A stretch of DNA of 64,000 nt from Octopus bimaculoides (lineage: Eukaryota), in the NCBI RefSeq assembly GCF_001194135.2, contig NC_068983.1, forward strand, positions 150,127,983 to 150,191,982. Reading direction: 5' to 3'. Below are positions 52,304 to 64,000 of this stretch, piece by piece. Position 1 is the first letter of the stretch. Each line of letters begins with the position of its first letter. The notes beneath the pieces are model-generated. The model was not told where the DNA came from, ran no database searches, and was given only the letters and a program-made list of their open reading frames with translations. A program made the position numbers and the translations under genes.

Positions 52304-52539
52304 GTATGATCTTTGTATATATATATATAAATACGTTATTCTAGAAATATATGAATGTATGTCTAATTGCATGTGTGTATATGAATTTGCATACAATTGC
52401 ATGTATGTGAACAACAAATGTTAACATTACATTTTTGAAACCAGAGCCAGTACAATCTGGTTTTAATACATTCCATTAGCATTGACTTTGTGGTGTGTGT
52501 GTGTGTGCATATACGCATGAGTGTGCATGTATACATGTA

Positions 52540-53198
52540 TCAGGTCATCCCATAAGTTCTGTCCAAATTTTGAATACAGAAAACAAGTGATCAAATGTCA
52601 TATTTAATTGGAATTTAATCATCAATGTACTTTTCCTGATTATCTATGACTTCCTTCCATCTATTTACAAGCTTTTTAATCCCATCAATGTAAAACTCTT
52701 TTGGTTTCAAAGTGAAGAACTCTGAAATGTCAGTTTTGACCTCCTCCTGGCTTGCAAAAGTTGTGTCCCCAAATGATTCTGTAAACTACGAAACAAATGG
52801 TAATCTGAAGGAGCAAGGGTGGGAGAATAAAATGGATGAGGAATTTTTTCCCAACCAAGCTCTTCGATCTTCTGTGATGTGATCTTTGCAGTGTGGGGTC
52901 ACGCACTGTCCTGATGAAACATCACTCCTTTTCAATTCACTAAAGCGGGTCTTTTTTTTCTTCAAAGCTTGGTTCAAATGCTCTAATTGCTGACAGTAGA
53001 CTTGAGTATTGATTGTTGCATTAGGTTTTAATCAAAGAAATTTTAATTCTATTATTCTGTAAAATAATATTTAATTAGTTTAAATGTACACAAATGCATA
53101 AAAATAATTTTTAATTCCATTAGACATTCTAAAATACTATTAAATTTTATTCAATTTTAAAAAAGGTCAAATTGGACAGAACTTATGGGATGACCTGA
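52540..53198 (-). mobile_element. mariner internal-deletion derivative with intact ends
   Basis: 27-bp perfect TIR tcaggtcatcccataagttctgtccaa with TA TSDs. The remnant reads FHQDSA*PHTAK..LGWEKIPHPFYSPTLAPSDYHLFRSL..GIKKLVNRWKEVIDNQGKYIDD*. Confidence 0.95.
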
Positions 53199-54115
53199 TA
53201 TAAAATATACACACAGTAAGTATTCATATACCAACAAATATGCAGATACTTGTGCATGTAAATGTATATATGGGTTATCATTACCATCATTCTACATATG
53301 TTTTCCATGCTGGCACAAGTTTTCCCCCATTTTTGTTGAGCTAATTAACATATGTTGCATACCTGCTGAGTGCCCTTCACCTCTTGACAGTCATCTCAGC
53401 AGTTACTTGTTTCCATGTCTTATACTTTTTTTCTGTTTGAAAGCTTGTATCGTTACATCATCCTTCCACTTTCATTTTTGCCATGCATTTTCTTCCTTCT
53501 CCCCTCACTCTCATTCTCTTTTATCCTTCACATATCATATTGGTCAATTTTAAATTTCAGCATTTGTTGTGTATATAAGTTATTTTGGCACAATTTTGTG
53601 AGACAAGTCTATAGAAATGAGGTTCCTGCTGTGTAAATTGAATTTTACTTGGCTTTAGAAGAAAAGGTACACATGTTAAACAAACCATGTAAAGTCTCCT
53701 TACATGTATGCATGTATCTGTATAAATGCTTACTGATGCATACATGCACGCACACACATACACATGTGAATAAAACTAATCAAAGTGGAGGGGAGAAAAT
53801 ATACATTTATTGAGTGTTTAGTGCAATGCATATAACCCCATTCAGTTTAGACTGGGTTCATACTATTGTACACAAACTGATTTAGTTACCTAACCTGTAA
53901 GTACTTGACTGCAGTAGTGCAATGAAAATTTGGACACCAAGAAATCAATAAAAAAATGTAATTAATTATTGTCATTATAAATGACTCTTCCACAATGTAA
54001 TTGCAAGTATTTAAGACAGAAAGGGGAAAGGATAGTGTGAGAGAAAGGAGAGGAATGTGCCAATGTGTGAGTGTGCATTTGCATGTGCGTGTGTGCTGGA
54101 TTATTTACTTTATAT

Positions 54116-54173
<58 letters not shown>

Positions 54174-54610
54174 TTCTATTGTAATAATATGACAATGTGC
54201 ATCCATGATACAATCAGATTTTGTGTATGCACATAATATGATGTCATAAGTCTATGTGTGTATATTACTGTTTAGCTCTCATTCATCCCTGATCAAGTAG
54301 ATTTATAATCAAAGACATCCCAACCATCTATGTAGTTTATTCAAAGCTACATTATACAATGTGTTGCCTATTTTTTTCTGAAGACAGTGTTGTAACATGA
54401 GGGAGATTTGGCTATCATTTCTCGCCATTCAAGCAACTACATAGAGATTCATTCAGTGGCTTGTTTCTGTATACGTGTGTGAACTTGCTATCATTGATTT
54501 ATACACACTCAGTATTTGGTGGGAGTGTAGTGTGTGCATGTATGTATGTCTGTACATAAATCTATATGTGAGTGCCTTCTGCATAAGTATGTATGCCTAT
54601 GCGAGTCTTT

Positions 54611-54670
<60 letters not shown>

Positions 54671-54967
54671 ATCTTCATATCTGCAATTACATGGAGGCTA
54701 TTGTTTAACACATACGGGCAAATCTTGTCAAATTTGTTTTTTCACCCCCTTTACCTCCAACTTCTTTCTCTACTCTCACCTTGAAACTGCATCCATCTCG
54801 CACGAACACTAATAGCCTTCCTTCCAAACTCATGATACACAAACAAGTAGTCAAGTTTAACTCTGTGTGTGTNNNNNNNNNNNNNNNNNNNNNNNNNNNN
54901 NNNNNNNNNNNNNNNNNNNNNNNNNNNNNNNNNNNNNNNNNNNNNNNNNNNNNNNNNNNNNNNNNNN

Positions 54968-55027
<60 letters not shown>

Positions 55028-55479
55028 TGAGTGAGTGAGAGAGAGAGGAGACACATGTACATGTGATGAAAGTCATCTCAGAACAAATATTTTTATGTCA
55101 ACTGATTTACAACTCATTAGAGACATACTTCAGCTTTAGGTAAATAATACATTTACTAATGAATGAGGAAGAGTAGACAGTAAAAATTCATATCTAAATT
55201 CATAAAAATATTATTTGAAGTAGAAACATTGTATGCACAAACACACACACTCTCACTCATATGTGTGTGTGTGAGAAGGAGATTAGTGGAGGGGGGGTGC
55301 TTAAAAATTGGAGGAATAAGAAAATATTTTATGATATACACACTATATAAATTATGATAAAGTTCTCAGAGATAAGTCACTTAGAGCTCATCAAAGAGCT
55401 CTACAGATCCTGGATTGACTGTCATTCTCATCTGTAAGTTCCCCAGTTAACATGTGCATGTTGAGATTCATGAGATCAC

Positions 55480-56150
55480 ACTCACCACCCAATTAACTTT
55501 TCAACTAATTTACCAACAGGCAGCATTTCCAAATAGAAGTTGAGAAAATGAATGAGGGTTCGGTTGGAGACAAAAATGTCTATCAATCCTTTCAGTCACA
55601 TTCACTACACAGCCTCTTTCGCCATAACCACTAAAGGAAAATTACCTGCTTTTCCTGGACAAAAGAAGGCAGCTGCAGCATTACCTTCATGATTCTACAA
55701 GCAAGTATTTATCAAAACTCACGTAAACAATACTGAACAAGCATATATTGAATGGTCCTGGCACTGTACACATCACGGAGGGTCAAACTGGTGGCACAAC
55801 CATACCTGTATAATTTATCCTATACTGGTAGCAGTGTCAGATCAGGGATTTCTGGAAGATAACCATATATATGCCCAAGATTCCACAGGTTTACGCTTTC
55901 ACTGCCATACTGCTGCCAAGTACCAACTTCTTTGCTCTATTAACACTTTAGCCAAATTCTTTTAACTTTGCTCTTCACATGACCACTTGGCACATCTCAG
56001 CTGTAACTGAGTTTTGCAGGACTTTGCTTCTTCTGTTGAGTGCCAATGTAGGCCACTGGGGTGATTATTGCCATTTCCAGACCATCATTCATCCTAAATA
56101 GTTGAGCAAATCCAAATATACATTAGATCATGCTTCATCAATTGTATAGG
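55480..56150 (+). mobile_element. Highly decayed Penelope-like RT/post-RT relic
   Basis: Frameshifted remnants of the ..KLP.FLD.. region comparable to 63900-63960. Weak. Confidence 0.25.
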
Positions 56151-56824
56151 GAATGGTATGATGTAAGGAAAAGTTATGACAAAGTGGATCCACATTCAAG
56201 TTGACTGAGTATGCTAATGTTACTACTTCTACTATTTTTTGTCGTTTAGCCTGAGATTGAGCAGAACTATAAGCAACGGTGCTCTAGCTATGTCTATCTT
56301 GCAATTTTAATAGTATGTATAGGACTAAAGTGTTCAATGTGTCTTTTCCACTTAAGAAAATAAGGTGTGAGTTGATGGAGATTTTTAGGATAAGCATAGA
56401 GAGAGTACAAAGAGTAAAAAAATCTTTTTATTTTTTAATTTACATGTAAAAACAAAATCATCATTACAATAGATGGGTTTGCAATGTTTTTATATTTCAA
56501 TGGAAGAATTATTTTGTTTTTTTTTACTTAAAGATTTTCTACAGTTATGAGAAAGTCTAGAAGGAAATGTTTACGGTGAAATGACAGTGTTGTTAATAAA
56601 TAAAATGTATGGATAACACCATATATATCTCTCAACTATTAAATTTTACAACAGAACCTACAATGCAAAATAAAATCATATAAATCTTTGTATCTCCTCA
56701 GATTACTTTGAAAAATATTTTTTTCAAATGTCCAACTTGAAAAAGTGAAGAAGTTTGCTTCTCAACCCCAAGATTTGGGGTTCATTCATGGCACCTGTAG
56801 CCCTGGGTTGACCANNNNNNNNNN

Positions 56825-56872
<48 letters not shown>

Positions 56873-57659
56873 ATCTGTGTTTTAATGTGTAATACTTGTA
56901 AATGAATGTCAGTGTTATACAGTGTTGTTAATTTCCAATATTCTGCAACATCATGTCTGCTATGGAGAAATATTAACTTAGTTGGAAACCAGTGAGACTT
57001 GGCAACAAGAAGGGCATTTTGCTGTAGAAAATCTGACTCAAACTCCACCCAGTTCATGCCAGCATAGAAAAGTCAACACTAGAATTATGATAATATGCAC
57101 ACACCTTCATCAGGAACATAAATATTAATCCTTATACATAACTCAAATCCTATATTGATTTTTTTTAAAAAGAAGGCTAATGAGATACATGTGTTTTAAC
57201 CAGGCCAGGATCAGGTGGATTAGAATTCAATGCCAATGTAAGGTTCTGAGTTTGACATTTAATTTTATAGATATAAATGTCAGCATTTTACCTCCAATTC
57301 TATGTTAAATATATCTGTTGGACAGCATATGAGAAATCATTTTAGTCTTTCTCAGTTAAGTCCTTATCTTGAGGTCTGACCTCATCATTTCTTCCAACAC
57401 AGTCTCTAGTCATCCTCTAACGTTGGCATATGGCACTTCTTTGCACAGTACTCATCTGCAGCCAATTCAATAACTCTCTTGCACACTTCAGTTGACACAT
57501 TTACTTAGTTCCACATTTAGCTCATTTATGCTCTGCCACTTATGCAGATTAACATTACACTTTTAATGGATCAAACTTAGGTCATTGCTCTCCAGCCTTT
57601 TTGTAGATCTTCCCATCTAATACTTTATATCTCATTACCAAGTGGCATCATAGGAGGAA

Positions 57660-58025
57660 TTTCAACCATGTTTCGTGGTCTGCTACCACAACAGCTCCTT
57701 TATAGGATCCAGTTAGCTCAAGACATCATCAGGAGGAACCACGTCCGATTTCGGCCCCTACTCCTCTACCGTTTTGATGTGGCGGGGCCCCTCCTTTCGG
57801 AGGTGTCTTCAGCTCTGGTGTTGGGTGCATGTCTTCTTTCACTGTTTGTGACTGTTCTAATTCAACTGTGGAATGTCCCTCGCTATGGTTATTTTCCAGG
57901 AGGTTCTGGCCACACGTCTTACGGTTCATCAACCCTGACATACCTTCCCTTGGTGGATTAGGATCCAGTTAGCTCAAGACATCATCAGGAGGAACCACGT
58001 CCGGTTTCGGCCCCTACTCCTCTAC
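57660..58025. repeat. GC-rich insert bounded by a 67-bp direct repeat (57703-57769 and 57959-58025)
   Basis: The two copies differ at one base, with a 256-bp period. CpG content is far above the flanks. Confidence 0.85.
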
Positions 58026-58679
58026 TATATCATACTTGATATAGTCTGTTCTTGCATGTAGATAGAAATTCTACCACTAAAAGGGGTAATAAATTGCTAA
58101 ACTTTCATTTTTTTCCTTACTCCAGCTATATTTTCACTACAACCACCCCATTATTAATTATATCATCTAGCTAATGCACCCATTATTAATTATATCATCT
58201 AGCTAATGCAAACTATCTAAACCATACCAATAGTTTGGAACATTTTCTGCAACTCAGAGATTTTGCTATAAAACCTGGGCACGAGTGCATATAAATCATA
58301 TTAACAATATGATGATATAAAACTATATCATACTATGAATACAACCTAATAATGTAAATAACTATAATGTAAACTGCATACCTACTCATACTATGTACAC
58401 ATCTTTGGATATAAATGATATCTAATTAGACATGCACCTTCAAAACAGAAATGTCAAGTCCAAAGATAATTACAGCAATTTTATCAAGAAACAAAACAAC
58501 CCTCGGAAGTGAAAGAGGAAGGTAGCCAATATTTAAAGTATTTTGGTGACAAGTTATTTTCCAAACTTTGCTTAACTACTGAATTCTTCATCTTCATTAG
58601 AGTATATCTAGAGAAATTGAACTTAGCATTACCAAACTAACAAAATACTAATTAATTTTCTAGTGCTCCAACGGCTTAC

Positions 58680-58718
58680 ATCAGCAATAATAAATAATGT
58701 TGATGGTAGATTTTTTTC
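58680..58718 (-). CDS. Candidate 39-nt exon (EKNLPSTLFIIAD or KKIYHQHYLLLL)
   Basis: Acceptor cattttacgtttatatttcag| and donor GAT|gtaagc in a CpG-enriched patch. Confidence 0.45.
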
Positions 58719-59589
58719 CTGAAATATAAACGTAAAATGTGTTTGGATTACTTTTCCTAACAGACAATCCTGATTTTTATTCTCTAGTAAACTAAATCAA
58801 TATCTAAAATTGGTTCATACATTTTACTGTTTTCAATCATATTTGTATCTTTGCGTCCTCTTTGTGGCAGAGTTTGACCCCGGTGTAGAATACAAATAAA
58901 TACAGTGAAAGAGTGAACAAAACTAATCAATGACTCAAAAGGAATTTTTTAAAAAGTGACAAAAATAATCACTTTCTGAATACCTAAAGTAGGTGGGAAC
59001 ATACAGATAATTTTTGCAATAGTTACTTCAAAAGTGGAATTTTCTATTGGAAAATGAGAGTAGTATCATGATACATATAAAGTGAGTGGGATACAGGTAG
59101 CAAGTCGCTTAAAGCAAGAGTCAGTGAAATTAGTTGAAATAAGAAGAGAACAGATATATTTCAATATGTGGGTAGAGGTATTCAGTAAGTGGTTTAGCAT
59201 GACACAAGTAATGGCTTAGATCCTTATGGGAATCAGAAAGATGATTTTGCTTTGTTTTGAAAACAACCCTTTGGATACAACCATAACCTAGATTTTGCCA
59301 AGAGGTAACTAAAAAGGTTATTGCTGCAAACAACAAGTGCCAACTAACTACTGACAATGGAAGGGGGGGGGTTAAAAGTAAACACATCATACACATGAAG
59401 AACATTCTGACATAATTCTATTGAGTGTAAGTGAATGCAGATTAGTTCAGTAAATCCCACAGGCTAGTAACCATAGCAGAAATAATCCAGTGAATGAAAT
59501 GGACACAAACTTGAAGAGCAGAGAAAAGATGAAATAAATCATTTCAACTGCTCTCGATCACATCAAATTAAGAAAATTACATCTATTAT

Positions 59590-59643
59590 CTATCTATTAA
59601 CATGCACACACATTATACATACATATATATATATATGTATGTG

Positions 59644-59721
<78 letters not shown>

Positions 59722-60030
59722 TGTATATAGACATATATATATATATATATACACACACATATACATATATATACACACATATACATATATATACACACAT
59801 ATACATATATATATACATATATACATACATACGTACACATAAAAATACATATATATAAACACAAACATATACATACACATATACATATACACATATATAC
59901 ACACACACATATATATACACACACACACATATATATATATATACACATATATATATACATATATAAATACACATATGTGTATATAAATACACGTGTGTAT
60001 ATGTGTGTGTGTGTGTGTGTATATATATTT
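59590..60030. repeat. Compound (AT)n/(AC)n microsatellite, about 440 bp
   Basis: Directly visible. Confidence 0.95.
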
Positions 60031-60207
60031 GTCACATCATCACTTAATTTCTCTAATTTTGTCACAGATTGGCTGACAGAAAATTCTAAGATTTTTCAAT
60101 TATATTTCACTATTATCAGCATTTGCTGTTTCATTAAATTATGTTACCCAAAATCCCAAAAGAATATTTTTCTTCCTCGTGTTCTATTCTTGACCAGCCT
60201 AACTCTG

Positions 60208-60267
<60 letters not shown>

Positions 60268-60689
60268 CACTCTCTGTCTCTCTCTCTCTCTTTTGATAAC
60301 CACTTGCTTTCCCAACACTTCCTCCTCCTCCACCATCCCACCCTATATAAACTAGCGCATGCACTTGGATTCTCCTACTCCACTTAAATAACTCCACCGA
60401 AAGAATATGAATCCAGAAGATGCTCGTCTAATTTGCTATTTTGCGGTACGCCCACCCTCCCCACCTGTACCAGAAGTTGCTATCCACTGTCATCCTTTGG
60501 TTGTCTCCCACGAACACTCCTAAAGGCTTAATGCCATCCCCACCCCTACTTAGAGTTTATCTCCTATGTAAGGTAGTGACCATATAGCGCATAAAAATGA
60601 TGGTGTAGTGTATGCAGGCTGAAGGCTATTTGTTTATTGAATTCTGCCAAATGTGAACTTTCCTTTCAGGTACATGACACTGCTTCCCC

Positions 60690-61445
60690 CATCCCAAGGT
60701 CTCATGGGTGCACACCTCCTACATCCTCAAGGTTGGCACACTGAAAGGTAGGTCTGGTGAGATTGTTGAGATGCTTGAACGGAGACATGTAGATTTGTGA
60801 GGCAGTACTGGCAACAGCCACACTCAAAATGGTGTATTCTACGTGCCACCTGCACAGGAGCCAGTCCAGTGGCACTGGCAACAATCTCGCTTGAATGTTT
60901 TCTCACGTGCTACCGGCACAAGTGCCAGTAAGGTGATGCTGGTAATGATCACACTCAAATGGTGATATTTATGTGCTCTGGCAATGATCATGCTCGAACA
61001 ATGCTCTTAGTGCTCCACTGGTACAGGTGCCAACACGGCTTTGAATAATTCGAATTCACTTGCCCCAACAGGTCTTTGCAAGCAGAGTTTAGAGTCCAAT
61101 GAAGGATAGGTTGGCATGGGTGCCAGTCGTCGAATTTGGTTCGATTTCGATTTCACTTGCCTCAACAGGTCTTCACAAGTTGAGTTTAGTGTCCAATGAA
61201 GGAAAGGTACACATAAGTGGGCTGGCTACACCCGTGGCAGAGGCCATGGATTATGGTCTCATTTGGNNNNNNNNNNGCATGGGTGCCAGTCGTCGAATTT
61301 GGTTCGATTTCGATTTCACTTGCCTCAACAGGTCTTCACAAGTGGAGTTTAGTGTCCAATGAAGGAAAGGTACACATAAGTGGGCTGGCTACACCCGTGG
61401 CAGAGGCCATGGATTATGGTCTCATTTGGCTTGCTGGGTCTTCTC
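60690..61445 (-). mobile_element. RTE 3' UTR fragment, with a 150-bp stretch duplicated across a 10-N gap
   Basis: Reverse complement matches 62590-62960 (cccacttat..accttt..ttcattggacactaaac..ggcaagtgaaatcgaaatc). Confidence 0.8.
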
Positions 61446-61493
61446 ACGCACAGCATATTTCCAAAAGTCTTGGTCACAAATCATTGCTTCACA

Positions 61494-61525
<32 letters not shown>

Positions 61526-62299
61526 AATTATTCTTTAACAAGAAAAGTATTGTTAATAACTTCAAAGTTTTGGCCAATAATCATCAGACTGTAAATAAAG
61601 AAAACTTCCAATTTTGATTTTATTTTTTTCTCATTATATTCGGAATGTTCAGGAATATATGGCTAAATCTGTTACTGCCACTCTCTGTTCTTTTTCTTTT
61701 CTTTTTTTTTACAAGCTGCGTTTTTATTCTCTTTGGTATTTCTGCATACACAAAAATCTTTATTGCAAATAGTATCATTGTTACAGCAGTTAAAATAAAC
61801 ACTTTCTTAAAGATAACCATATTGACCAGAAGAGGGCTTAAGAAGTTCTCATTGCTATATAAATTTTGTCCATAATAGAAACACCATCCCATATAAGGTC
61901 ACATGGATTATAAGTATAGGCTACATTTCATTGTTACTTTCCTTTCTAATCAAACAGAGCATGGCAGAAAAAAAAAGCCTCTCAGATTCACCATTCTTAA
62001 TAAACATCTCAACAGCAAACTCACTGCATACCCTGGTCTAATCCATAATAGTGACTGATGGATGGTGGGGAAGGTATAATACTAATTACATGAAGACATC
62101 ATTACCACCTGCCTAATTTCATTAGTGCCACACCAAAGTATGAGAGTTGCATCCTGTAGCTTACTATATTCTCCAATCCCTGTCAGCAGGTTTATCAAAT
62201 CACCTTTATCAACTCTGTAATGACAAGAGATGGTTCACTATCATTTGTTTTGGATACATTTTATCATTCACTAAGGAATTTCAGTTGGCGGTATGCATA

Positions 62300-62970
62300 C
62301 ACAATAGAGTGTAAGTGCCTTGAGAGAAAAGTTGGACATAAAAAACATCAGATATGGTGTGTAAGAGAGATGATTGCGCTGGTATGGTCATGTGGTGTGA
62401 ATGAAGATAGCTGTGTGAAAAAGTGTCACACCCTAGCGGTTGAGGGAACCTGTGGAAGAGGTAGATCCAGGAAGACATGGGATGAGGTAGTGAAGCACGA
62501 CCTTCGAACATTAGGCCTCACTGAGGCAATGACTAGTGACCGAGACCTTTGGAAATATGCTGTGCTTGAGAAGACTCAGCAACCAAAGTGAGACCGTAAC
62601 CCGTGGCCTATGCCAGTGGTGTAACCAGCCCACTTATGCATACCTTTGCTTCATTGGACACTAAACTGCTTGCAAAGACTTGTTAAGGCAAGTGAAATCG
62701 AAATCAAATTCGCTGATGTGGCTGATGACAGCACCACATGACTGGCATCCATGCTAGTGGAACGCTAAGAGCACCATCCGAGAGTGATTGTTGCCAGGGC
62801 CGCTGACTGGATCCCGTGCTGATGACACGTAAAAAGCAACATTCGAGTGCAATCATAACCAGCGTTGCCTTACTGGCACGTGAAAAACAACATTTGAGCA
62901 AGGCTGTTGCCAGTGTTGCCAGTGCTGCTGGACTGGCTCCTGTGCAGGTGGCACCATTTGAGCATTATAA
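62300..62970 (+). mobile_element. RTE LINE 3' fragment (ORF end and 3' UTR)
   Basis: EDSCVKKCHTLAVEGTCGRGRSRKTWDEVVKHDLRTLGLTEAMTSDRDLWKYAVLEKT. Confidence 0.9.
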
Positions 62971-63760
62971 AATAAAATAACACTAGAAATAGTAAAGATT
63001 GGTGAAAATGTCAATTCTAGGGTGATATCCATAAGTCATGGGATTACTACATCTTACTGTAAAGAAAGTCACTTCCAAGAGTAATTTCCACAGGTTGAGT
63101 TACATCATATTTCAATTTTACTGGGGGGAAATAGCGAGGGTAAGATATTGTGGAGTGAGTTTAATGGGATGGTCCATATCACAGGGGTCAAAAGTTAAAG
63201 GCTAAGTGCTCTTTAATAGAGCATCATAAAAGGAATTGACAAAATTAACTTAATGTGAACTTATTTGAGGAAATCAATACATAAGTATATCATTATAAGT
63301 AAAATTTGGGTAAAACCTTAGTGTGATGTTATTACTTGTTAACAAAAACTTCATCCCAATACCTCAACGAATAGTAGGGTGAGGCCAAAGTTAATTCTAC
63401 AACTTAATTGGTCTGCTAAATTTGAAAACAATGGCATAATTCAGGTCCATTAAATCTATCAATAAAATACAAGTAAAAACAAAAAAATTAAAATATTTAA
63501 GAAATGAATTGCCTAAGAGGCCTTACTTAATGAATGGGCAATGAATGGTACTTACGGTTATGGATAGAGTATTTTTTATGAATATATCTGAGATATATCA
63601 AATTTACAAGTAAATGTCTGAACGAGATTTAGGAAATGGGAGTTATGAAAAAATACAAAGCCCAGCAACACCACCAGATCATTCTACACATTTGTGTAAT
63701 TTTTCCCCCCATTCCACCCAGCCGTTTGACCGTGAATCCCAAGACCAGAAAGAATCGCCC

Positions 63761-64000
63761 ATGTCAAATTTACGATACGGCCTGTCTTTCCACCAATACC
63801 TGTTGAAGAATTGGAAACGTTACTTGGATGATTGCCTCATCCTATGGTCCCACACACTCGACCAACTCTTTGACTTCAAAACTCTAATTAACAGTGTCAA
63901 CAACCATATCCAATTTACAATGGAATACAGTCAAGACCAACTTCCTTTTCTTGACATTCTCATTATAAAAATGGGTACCAGCATTGAGACTGATATTCAT
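63761..64000 (+). mobile_element. Penelope-like element RT fragment, running off the window
   Basis: Open frame WKRYLDDCLILW...INSVNNHIQFTMEYSQDQLPFLDILI..ETDIH contains the PLE RT YxDD and IQFTME..LPFLD motifs. Confidence 0.9.

Noticed and set aside
57703-57769. Type II hammerhead (GAAA...CUGAUGA) in the direct repeat
   Set aside because: There is no room for stem I, and the bases flanking the core do not pair as stem II.
58147-58210. About 32-bp tandem duplication
   Set aside because: Only two units, simple slippage; not a CRISPR-like or functional array.
60330-60600. TATA box plus CpGs as host promoter or PLE hammerhead
   Set aside because: There is no GAAAC partner, and it faces the wrong way for the minus-strand gene; more likely a decayed retroelement end.
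61117-61428. Near-perfect 150-bp tandem duplication
   Set aside because: The copies flank a 10-N gap, typical of unmerged contig or haplotype overlap.

Overview
AT-rich, CpG-poor, gap-ridden eukaryotic scaffold. It is almost certainly a coleoid cephalopod, probably Octopus, judged from its RTE LINE tails, tRNA-derived SINEs and dense microsatellites. No complete host ORF is present, and most ORF-track entries are microsatellite or N-gap artefacts. Well-supported content is transposon-derived: several RTE fragments, a Tx1/L1-like 3' end, a Buster/Charlie-type hAT deletion derivative, a mariner deletion derivative with 27-bp perfect TIRs, pogo/Tigger relics, TTAA piggyBac-like MITEs, Penelope-like RT fragments and many SINEs. 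Short CpG-bearing patches with minus-strand splice signals suggest most of the window is intron of a small-exon gene read from about 58.7 kb towards 7.5 kb; its identity and frames are not established. Leads, all found by eye and needing computation or RNA data: (1) a collinear but weak C9orf72-like reading of these exons that only works if two UAG codons and one AA acceptor are read as G, which is either A-to-I rescue, pseudogene decay or my over-fitting; (2) a tRNA-headed element ending in a Penelope-type hammerhead core; (3) three CGATC hairpins in a LINE 3' UTR; (4) a GC-rich insert with 67-bp terminal redundancy.
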